This document shows positions 9,468-15,655 of a stretch of 64,000 nt of DNA, piece after piece; the first letter of the stretch is position 1; each line of letters opens with the position of its first letter. The stretch lies in the IMG/VR virus record IMGVR_UViG_3300036770_003657, positions 310,001 through 374,000 of that record. The stretch is one strand, 5' to 3'. The notes beneath the pieces were generated by a model. That model saw only the letters and a list, made by a program, of their open reading frames with translations, ran no database searches and was not told the DNA's origin. Made by a program: the position numbers and the translations under genes.

Positions 9468-9559
9468 TGGTGGAAGGAGAGGGATTCGAACCCTCGGAGC
9501 AGGTTACCCCACTCGACAGATTAGCAATCTGCTGCCTTAAGCCTCTCAGCCATCCTTCC
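9468..9559 (-). tRNA. trnS: tRNA-Ser(GCT)
   Basis: Long variable arm, loop TTGCTAA, CCA. Confidence 0.93.
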
Positions 9560-9568
9560 TAATACTAC

Positions 9569-9652
9569 TGGTGCCCTGAGAGGGACTCGAACCCCCACAC
9601 CTTACGGCACTTGCTCCTAAGGCAAGCGTGTCTACCATTTCACCACCAGGGC
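9569..9652 (-). tRNA. trnL: tRNA-Leu(TAG)
   Basis: CTTGC-CTTAGGA-GCAAG, variable arm, CCA. Confidence 0.93.
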
Positions 9653-9659
9653 TACAACT

Positions 9660-9734
9660 TGGAGCAGGATATCGGATTCGAACCGATGACATTCTCGTTG
9701 GCAACGAGACATTCTACCCCTGAATTAATCCTGC
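9660..9734 (-). tRNA. trnG: tRNA-Gly(GCC)
   Basis: TCTCG-TTGCCAA-CGAGA, CCA. Confidence 0.93.
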
Positions 9735-9758
9735 ACTACACTACTTATATCTTGTCTA

Positions 9759-9848
9759 TGGTGGAAGCGGTGAGATTCGAACTCACGGACCGTTACCAGT
9801 CGTCTGTTTTCAAGACAGGTGCATTAAACCAGGCTCTGCCACACTTCC
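9759..9848 (-). tRNA. trnS: tRNA-Ser(TGA)
   Basis: Loop CTTGAAA, long variable arm, CCA. Confidence 0.93.
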
Positions 9849-9853
9849 TTATT

Positions 9854-9929
9854 TGGTAGCAATGGTCAGACTCGAACTGACGATAGGCACCGTATGAAGG
9901 TGCTGCATTAGCCACTATGCTACATTGCT
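9854..9929 (-). tRNA. trnM: tRNA with CAT anticodon (elongator Met or Ile2)
   Basis: GCACC-TTCATAC-GGTGC, paired 1:72, CCA. Confidence 0.85.
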
Positions 9930-9930
9930 G

Positions 9931-11226
9931 TTAATTATGTGATATAAACTTAAGACCTGCTTGAGCGGCTATTGCAGCCCAAGCATCATTATGATCTTCA
10001 TCTACTGAAAAAACTGCCGCCTTAGCATTAGTTTTTTGTAACTGGCTGTTGGCAAACCTAGCCCATTCTCTAGCAATTAATTTCCATACACCTTTATATT
10101 GGCCGCTTGATGCATTGTCCACCATAAGTTCAAGATATGGAGTCTGATCCTCCATATGGAATAGTGGAGTAACTACAAAACTACATTCCCAATTTGGATT
10201 GTCACGCATATTAAAAACATCAGGATCAAGTTCACTAAAACGAGTTTTAGGATCAGTTGTGGCCATTATCATTATATCCTCTCGCCTTATACGAATTGGC
10301 ACATTGGGATATAAACTGTTAAAGGAATTCTTAACAACCTTGGCCATATAGGCTGCGGCTTTTGGAGCCCAAGATCTCATCAATTCTTGTTCCCACTTTA
10401 ACCCTTGTTTTTGATCCATACCAGTTTGTTGAACATCTTCATCTAATTTATTATCAGAATCACTTGGAACTGTTACACCCATTGTGTTAACACGAATCTT
10501 TCCTTGTTCTACCTGATCAATTTGTGCTTGATTACCAAATGATAACGGATCCGTTATTACAAGTTGTGGTCCATATTTTGTTCTACGAAACATAAAATTA
10601 CCACCATTTAGATCTCTTTTATAACCACTTTTATAAAGATATCGTATGATATTGATTGCTTCTATCAATTGCGGATCTTTTATACTATTGCCTTTCTTAT
10701 CTTTATATTTAGGATCAAGTAAAGTTTGAGTTATAAGATAAACTAATTCTGACATTATAATAATACCTGGTCTCCCTACTGTATAGGGATATTGATCTTG
10801 GAGACTATTAAAATCAACATTCAATATTTTACTAAAAACCATAATCAATTCATCTGAGTCGAGGTCTCGCCAGTTACTTAACTTTTCTATGTCTAATTCA
10901 AAATATGGAGCACCTCTTTTAGGCTTTACTATATTGGCATTGTAGACCTGAGGTAGATAAGGATTATCGGTTTGATCCTTTAATGACATCAACTTATTAA
11001 TGTATGCGTAATAACCGTCTAATTTAGGCTTATTTTGATCAAATCTAGATACTTTCTTTGCTGTGCCAATACCCAATTCGCCTTCTGGTTGATCATAAAC
11101 TTTACCAAAATGTCCACTACCTAATTCAGGTTGTGTCTTGGATATTGCTGCCATTCGTTGCTTTTGAGTTGGGCCTTGTGTAACTGGAAGATCCTCACTG
11201 ATAATGTCTGTAATTTTCATAATCAT
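9931..11226 (-). CDS. Protein-kinase-like (Ser/Thr/Tyr or small-molecule) protein with extra C-terminal module
   Basis: Gly-rich loop LGSGHFGKVY, AKK, catalytic-loop-like RDLNGGN, ITDP at the DFG position. Confidence 0.7.
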   Translation of the reverse strand: MIMKITDIISEDLPVTQGPTQKQRMAAISKTQPELGSGHFGKVYDQPEGELGIGTAKKVSRFDQNKPKLDGYYAYINKLMSLKDQTDNPYLPQVYNANIVKPKRGAPYFELDIEKLSNWRDLDSDELIMVFSKILNVDFNSLQDQYPYTVGRPGIIIMSELVYLITQTLLDPKYKDKKGNSIKDPQLIEAINIIRYLYKSGYKRDLNGGNFMFRRTKYGPQLVITDPLSFGNQAQIDQVEQGKIRVNTMGVTVPSDSDNKLDEDVQQTGMDQKQGLKWEQELMRSWAPKAAAYMAKVVKNSFNSLYPNVPIRIRREDIMIMATTDPKTRFSELDPDVFNMRDNPNWECSFVVTPLFHMEDQTPYLELMVDNASSGQYKGVWKLIAREWARFANSQLQKTNAKAAVFSVDEDHNDAWAAIAAQAGLKFISHN

Positions 11227-11240
11227 ATTTAGTTAGGTTT

Positions 11241-11326
11241 ACCATATTGAAACACACTGATTGAACCTTTACCTCTTCCGAGTCCGTTCTTACCGTCAGG
11301 CGTTACACAATGTGCTTCAATATGGT
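11241..11326 (-). ncRNA. Long-stem hairpin RNA (family member 2)
   Basis: 16-bp stem ACCATATTGAAGCACA/TGTGTTTCAATATGGT (G:U on minus strand). Confidence 0.65.
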
Positions 11327-11449
11327 TGCCGGTTACAAAATCCGGCGTTACACTTTCGGAGTAACTGTTCTACCTATCCCGTCACCGACTTCGTTTAAGA
11401 CTCGCCGCCTTTATACACGCTGATGGCCACGTGTTCTGGTATTGCTACC
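11323..11449 (-). ncRNA. CCA-ending structured RNA with anticodon-stem-loop mimic
   Basis: Ends GCCGG-ATTTTGTAA-CCGGC-AACCA; internal GTTAC/GTAAC hairpin; not a cloverleaf. Confidence 0.5.
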
Positions 11450-11514
11450 ATATTTGAGCATACTACTCATCGGCTAGCCGCCATTTGTCTGTTCGGCAAT
11501 ATGCTCAAATATGG
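11448..11514 (-). ncRNA. Long-stem hairpin RNA (family member 3)
   Basis: Perfect 15-bp stem enclosing a core that is repeated at 12851-12889. Confidence 0.75.
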
Positions 11515-11586
11515 CAGGGGTACTCCGACTCGAACGGAGAAATGCGGGATCAAAACCCGGTGTTTTACCAATTAGACTATACCCCA
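11512..11586 (-). tRNA. trnQ: tRNA-Gln(TTG)
   Basis: Loop TTTTGAT, CCA. Confidence 0.92.
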
Positions 11587-11592
11587 ACTGAT

Positions 11593-11667
11593 TGGCGGTC
11601 CCAACGGGAATCGAACCCGTCCCTGCGGCGTGACAAGCCGCTATACTCACCGATATACTATGGAACC
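11593..11667 (-). tRNA. trnD: tRNA-Asp(GTC)
   Basis: GCGGC-TTGTCAC-GCCGC, CCA. Confidence 0.93.
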
Positions 11668-11672
11668 ATATT

Positions 11673-11746
11673 TGGCGTCCCTGCACGGATTCGAACCGCG
11701 ACTAAGAATTTTGGAGATTCACGTGCTACCGTTACACTACAGAGAC
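11673..11746 (-). tRNA. trnW: tRNA-Trp(CCA)
   Basis: Loop CTCCAAA, G73, CCA. Confidence 0.9.
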
Positions 11747-11753
11747 ATTGTTT

Positions 11754-11828
11754 TGGTGCTCTGTGAAGGACTTGAACCCTCATCGCCGGATTACAAAACC
11801 GGAATTCTAGCCTTTGAAATAACAGAGC
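11754..11828 (-). tRNA. trnT: tRNA-Thr(TGT)
   Basis: CCGGT-TTTGTAA-TCCGG (U:U at 31:39), CCA. Confidence 0.88.
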
Positions 11829-11833
11829 GTTGG

Positions 11834-11911
11834 TGGAGTTAGGAGTCGGATTCGAACCGACGGGTTGACAGTTTTGCAGACTGTTGCGTTGGGCCTCTCC
11901 GCCATCCTAAC
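11834..11911 (-). tRNA. trnC: tRNA-Cys(GCA)
   Basis: ACAGT-CTGCAAA-ACTGT, U73, CCA followed by a second CCA. Confidence 0.92.
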
Positions 11912-11914
11912 ATT

Positions 11915-11989
11915 TGGTACGGGCACTCGGGCTCGAACCGAGAACTTACTGGTTAAAAGCCAGTTACTCTACCTTTGAGTTATACCCGC
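11915..11989 (-). tRNA. trnK: tRNA-Lys(TTT)
   Basis: ACTGG-CTTTTAA-CCAGT, CCA. Confidence 0.93.
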
Positions 11990-12041
11990 AAAATAAAAAA
12001 CCCTTGGCAAAATCTATGACTTACCCAAAGGCCATAATTCT

Positions 12042-12116
12042 TGGTACACCCAACGGGAGTCGAACCCGTCTTTCCAGCTTGAAAGGCTAGCGTCCTAACC
12101 GATAGACGATGGGTGC
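12042..12116 (-). tRNA. trnE: tRNA-Glu(TTC)
   Basis: CTAGC-CTTTCAA-GCTGG, CCA. Confidence 0.93.
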
Positions 12117-12122
12117 TTTGTT

Positions 12123-12207
12123 TGGTGGAGAGCCAGGGACTCGAACCCCGTATGCCTGAGGCGTCGGATTTACAGTCCGATGCAGTAACCTGTTCTGCTC
12201 GCTCTCC
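12123..12207 (-). tRNA. trnY: tRNA-Tyr(GTA)
   Basis: TCGGA-CTGTAAA-TCCGA, variable arm, CCA. Confidence 0.93.
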
Positions 12208-12243
12208 GTATGTGTTTATAAATACTCCGAAGAGAACATCCCA

Positions 12244-12732
12244 CTAAATGTTCACATTTATGAATGGGTCTTCGTCCATTAATCCAATTGTTATTGCCTT
12301 TCTAACAGATGTTACATTTGCTACACTATGCAAAACATGCGTATTTAATATATGCCATCTGAAAGGTTCTATTTCTAATTTCATTATCGTTTCTAAATCA
12401 TCTATTGTCGGATGGCTGTATCTAGGACCAATATAAATATCTCTATTCTTGATACGATGCAGCCGTGTTACGACGTTTCCTCCTCTAGAAATAATATAGT
12501 TTAATCCCCAACGTCTGAAATCGCAGTGAGGAGCAACATTAGCTTCCATAACTTGACAGCCCATTCTGTCTTTTATAGGGCTAACATGTTTTACTAGCCA
12601 ATCTATAAGTTGTTCTGAAATGTTATATCTTGAGTAAACTCCATCTTTAAATCCTACTTTATCTGTGTAATAACAATCTACAAGAAGATTGGAGGGTATA
12701 TTAGGTAATTGATCCAAATAAGTAAAAAGCAT
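12244..12732 (-). CDS. Putative Fe(II)/2OG-oxygenase-like protein
   Basis: APHCD...WGLNYI...WHILNTHVLHSV...RKAIT; paralog of 1177-1761. Confidence 0.55.
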   Translation of the reverse strand: MLFTYLDQLPNIPSNLLVDCYYTDKVGFKDGVYSRYNISEQLIDWLVKHVSPIKDRMGCQVMEANVAPHCDFRRWGLNYIISRGGNVVTRLHRIKNRDIYIGPRYSHPTIDDLETIMKLEIEPFRWHILNTHVLHSVANVTSVRKAITIGLMDEDPFINVNI

Positions 12733-12776
12733 AATCTATTTATTTTAATAACAGATAATTTATCTTAAAAAAATTT

Positions 12777-12840
12777 TAACACACTCTAGCAGTTTATCTT
12801 TCTGCCCCATCTTACTAGGTAAGTGTGGACGAGTGTGTGT
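12777..12840 (-). ncRNA. Long-stem hairpin RNA (family member 4)
   Basis: ACACACTC/GAGTGTGT stem; inner GCAG-AAAGATAAA-CTGC and CTTAC-CTAG-TAAG. Confidence 0.5.
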
Positions 12841-12899
12841 AATAAAGCAGACTACTCATCGGCTCGCCGCCATTTGTCTGTTCGGCAATCTGCTTTATT
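12841..12899 (-). ncRNA. Long-stem hairpin RNA (family member 5)
   Basis: 11-bp stem AATAAAGCAGA/TCTGCTTTATT around the 39-nt repeated core. Confidence 0.75.
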
Positions 12900-12900
12900 A

Positions 12901-13018
12901 CTACTACCTTTTTACACATCCTAGTTACCGCCTAGGACTTATCATCCGGTAGTACGCCCTCGTTTGCCACATGTTTTAAGTGCATGGCAGGACCGCGTTC
13001 CCTATACACACTTTGCTA
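12901..13018 (-). ncRNA. Unassigned structured RNA directly after promoter P3
   Basis: Hairpins TGCCA..TGGCA (loop CACTTAAAA) and TCCTAG-GCGGTAA-CTAGGA. Confidence 0.45.
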
Positions 13019-13029
13019 TCTTAAACTGT

Positions 13030-13058
13030 ATTATATACAGTCTCCAGCATATTGTCAA
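13030..13058 (-). promoter_or_regulatory. Consensus sigma70 promoter P3
   Basis: TTGACA-17 nt-TATAAT; palindrome CTGTA-N5-TACAG spans the -10 box. Confidence 0.85.
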
Positions 13059-13088
13059 CTATTGCTTTGTTACTCTTTTACAACATCT

Positions 13089-13122
13089 AAAAAAAACCCC
13101 AAGGTGTTTAGTCCTGGGGTCC
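13089..13122 (-). terminator. Intrinsic terminator of attenuator
   Basis: CCCCAGG-ACTAAACA-CCTTGGGG followed by T8. Confidence 0.85.
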
Positions 13123-13157
13123 TTAAGTTGGATATACTACTATCCTACCGGGACCCC
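13116..13157 (-). promoter_or_regulatory. Antiterminator hairpin of attenuator
   Basis: GGGGTCC (inside leader ORF 3' end) pairs with GGACCCC (5' arm of terminator); inner GGATA/TATCC. Confidence 0.75.
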
Positions 13158-13255
13158 CGACAATCTGTATCATTAGCCTTAATCATTGACCAATAGGCTG
13201 GCATTGAGCCTGACTCATGGCGTTGACTAAAACTAAAATAATACTGGGATTTCAT
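13145..13255 (-). CDS. Attenuator leader peptide, 36 aa
   Basis: MKSQYYFSFSQRHESGSMPAYWSMIKANDTDCRGSR*; AAGGA SD-like upstream; below ORF-track cutoff. Confidence 0.75.
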   Translation of the reverse strand: MKSQYYFSFSQRHESGSMPAYWSMIKANDTDCRGSR

Positions 13256-13292
13256 TTAAACTTTATTTCCTTTGTTACTTACTATGCTTCAC

Positions 13293-13321
13293 ATTATACA
13301 CTTGCTAGTACAAGTTGTCAA
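13293..13321 (-). promoter_or_regulatory. Consensus sigma70 promoter P2
   Basis: TTGACA-17 nt-TATAAT; spacer contains inverted repeat ACTTG-N6-CAAGT. Confidence 0.88.
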
Positions 13322-13354
13322 CAACTTTTGGTGTTGTTTTTCTACTACATCTTG

Positions 13355-13362
13355 TATTTATA
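13355..13362 (-). promoter_or_regulatory. T4-like late promoter
   Basis: TATAAATA. Confidence 0.55.
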
Positions 13363-13383
13363 CAATTGCTTAATTCATATGCT

Positions 13384-13412
13384 ATTATATGGTGATTTCA
13401 TTGACCTGTCAA
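13384..13412 (-). promoter_or_regulatory. Consensus sigma70 promoter P1
   Basis: TTGACA-17 nt-TATAAT. Confidence 0.85.
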
Positions 13413-13708
13413 CTATGTTTGAGCATCCAGAACAGAGCCTCACCTTTTTTCCAAAAACCAAAATACCATTCTTGCCTTGTGTCTCGTTGTAGGAAGAATG
13501 CTTCCACCTTACCGTTGGCTCTATGTACTTTGTTATTCATTTCTTCCCACCAATCTGTTTTGTGTAGGAAGTCTGCGTTGAAATATTCGTGTGTCTTAAT
13601 TACTAGAATATCGGCTGGAGGATTGTTAGCATAAAGATTCTTAAACCTTTCTGCTTCGTAGTAAGGTATATGACCTTCTAACCAATCCTGCCAAGCCAAT
13701 ATTTGCAT
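13409..13708 (-). CDS. Hypothetical protein
   Basis: 99-aa ORF in operon with rbr/DUF3501. Confidence 0.6.
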   Translation of the reverse strand: MQILAWQDWLEGHIPYYEAERFKNLYANNPPADILVIKTHEYFNADFLHKTDWWEEMNNKVHRANGKVEAFFLQRDTRQEWYFGFWKKGEALFWMLKHS

Positions 13709-13715
13709 TCATTAT

Positions 13716-14294
13716 TTAAGCAAAGTCTTTAACTAATTCGTTTCTAACTTCATCTTTAAGTTGAATTTCATAAGGATAAAGATCATGCCCAATCCCTAGG
13801 TATACTTTATTGGCGGAATCCTTAAAATCTATGATTTCACCAGGTTTAAGTTCAAACCTAAGAAAATGAACCGCACTCGTTTTGGAATCTGTGCTACGTT
13901 CGAGATCTTCATCTGCAATTGCATATATACGCTGATGTCCTTGGATTCTTAAAAATACTGTATCTTCAATATTTTTAAGTTGTTCCAATTTCACTTTACG
14001 TAGATCAGGATCCCCGTATTCCAAAGTCATAGTGGCAATAAGATTCATACCGTTTGGTATTAAAGGATTATAAGCATCTAGTTCATCCTTGATACCATTA
14101 GTTGTAAATGTACGCTCAATGAACAACATTTCCTGAACTTGGTACTTTACAGTATCTCTATCTTCAAAAGCCAAAGTACAATTTGGTCCAATTGATACTT
14201 GACGTAGGCGACGATGATCTATAGCACTGCGTCTAAAGTCATCACGAACCTTACTATAATCTTCCAATGTCATTAAATCGTCTTGAGTTAACAT
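13716..14294 (-). CDS. DUF3501-family protein (rubrerythrin-associated)
   Basis: FEDRDTVKYQVQEMLFIER, ELDAYNPLIP, KTSAVHFLRFEL; follows rubrerythrin as in proteobacterial loci. Confidence 0.85.
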   Translation of the reverse strand: MLTQDDLMTLEDYSKVRDDFRRSAIDHRRLRQVSIGPNCTLAFEDRDTVKYQVQEMLFIERTFTTNGIKDELDAYNPLIPNGMNLIATMTLEYGDPDLRKVKLEQLKNIEDTVFLRIQGHQRIYAIADEDLERSTDSKTSAVHFLRFELKPGEIIDFKDSANKVYLGIGHDLYPYEIQLKDEVRNELVKDFA

Positions 14295-14305
14295 ATCTAA
14301 TCCTA

Positions 14306-14740
14306 TTATTGCTCTGCTTTAAATGCGTCAAGAGTTTTCTTGAACTTACCAGCGTGGCTACGTTCTGCCTTGGCCAATGTTTCAAACCAATCAGCAATCT
14401 CGTCAAAACCTTCATCACGAGCATCACGTGCCATACCTGGGTACATATCTGTGTACTCATGTGTTTCACCAGCAATGGCTGATTCAAGTGCTTCAACAAC
14501 TGTTTTAGCGCTCATACCAGTTTCTGGATCACCGCTTCCACCATTGATCAAATATTCCATATGACCGTGTGCATGACCAGTTTCACCTTCTGCTGTATGA
14601 CGGAAGATTGATGCTACATCTGGTGCACCTGCAATGTCTGCCATGTTTGCGAAATACAAGTATCTACGATTTGCTTTACTTTCACCTGTAAACGCATCCT
14701 TAAGATGCTGTTCTGTTTTACTACCTACTAGTTTAGTCAT
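14306..14740 (-). CDS. rbr: Rubrerythrin
   Basis: [41 protein letters not shown] diiron motifs. Confidence 0.92.
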   Translation of the reverse strand: MTKLVGSKTEQHLKDAFTGESKANRRYLYFANMADIAGAPDVASIFRHTAEGETGHAHGHMEYLINGGSGDPETGMSAKTVVEALESAIAGETHEYTDMYPGMARDARDEGFDEIADWFETLAKAERSHAGKFKKTLDAFKAEQ

Positions 14741-14785
14741 TGTTTTCTCCTTGTGTGTATGACGTGTTTTATTGTACATTTATTT

Positions 14786-14815
14786 AATCTATTAATCAAG
14801 CGATTTTAATAGATT
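14786..14815. promoter_or_regulatory. Inverted repeat upstream of rbr (LysR/OxyR-like operator candidate)
   Basis: AATCTATTAA-N10-TTAATAGATT with CTAT/ATAG cores. Confidence 0.45.
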
Positions 14816-14842
14816 TTTTATGGTATTTTTTAATAAGGCTTA

Positions 14843-15655
14843 TTAAATTTTTTTATAAACAGCAATTACAGTATGCCCAATATCAAAGTTTATATTATGA
14901 TCTTTGATATCATATCTATTCTCATCAAGTAAACTACGATGAAAATCTGCTAGGGGTTCTTCGTATATTTCCACTTGTCTTAGGTCAAACAAGTTGGCAA
15001 TATTAGTCAAACATTGTTTGGTAAATCGTGTAACATGATGTGGAGGATAGTTTAGTGCCCAACCTTCTATATTGCCTAAAAAACCGTCTTCGTTTGGCAC
15101 ACTGAGTATGAGTATACCATTAACTTTTAAACAGCGTAGAGCATTGGATATAAAAGATCGTGTGTCATCTACATGTTCTAATACTTGGAATCCACATATT
15201 ACGTCATATAGGCCTTGATGTTCTTGTATGCTTTGTTTTATTACTTTCGGGTTTTGGCTGTAAGGATCTAGCCCAGTATAATCGGCTTCAACCATTTTAC
15301 CAAAGTAACCCTCTCCGCAGCCAATCTCCAGTATATTGTCATCTGATATGATGTATCTTTTGGCAAAGTCAAATTCTGGTTTGACCAATTGATAGTACCA
15401 AGGAAATGCCTGTAGTTGACTATAGAAGTTTGAACCACCCATAACAGGTGGTTTATAAAACCTAAGATCACAATCCATACATCTGTATAATTCTATATCA
15501 GAGGTAATATCTTCTGTGACATCAACTGGTGTATTATCAAACAAGGGATCTGTTTTATAAGCATTATGTATAAAATCACGGCTATACGTTTTATGTATAG
15601 CTGTGTTACTACTATGACATAAAGGACATTTTTTCATCTTTTTCCATATATTCAA
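14843..15655 (-). CDS. Class I SAM methyltransferase with N-terminal Zn-ribbon
   Basis: CPLC...CMDC, ILEIGCGEG, FQVLEHV, HHVTRF. Confidence 0.85.
   Translation of the reverse strand: MNIWKKMKKCPLCHSSNTAIHKTYSRDFIHNAYKTDPLFDNTPVDVTEDITSDIELYRCMDCDLRFYKPPVMGGSNFYSQLQAFPWYYQLVKPEFDFAKRYIISDDNILEIGCGEGYFGKMVEADYTGLDPYSQNPKVIKQSIQEHQGLYDVICGFQVLEHVDDTRSFISNALRCLKVNGILILSVPNEDGFLGNIEGWALNYPPHHVTRFTKQCLTNIANLFDLRQVEIYEEPLADFHRSLLDENRYDIKDHNINFDIGHTVIAVYKKI

Noticed and set aside
9569-9652. Amber suppressor or recoded genome suggested by 'TAG' in tRNA-Leu
   Set aside because: TAG is the anticodon (reads CUA); ORFs are intact under the standard code
11462-11500. CCGATGAG as a hammerhead core, or a theta/HDV ribozyme after tRNA-Gln
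   Set aside because: No GAAA/stem II-III arrangement or nested double pseudoknot could be built by eye
9263-11842. Short track ORFs over tRNA genes (9263-9562, 9611-9859, 11474-11842)
   Set aside because: Shadow ORFs of tRNA sequences
11241-12899. CRISPR array
   Set aside because: Only two close copies 1.4 kb apart; no regular repeat-spacer periodicity
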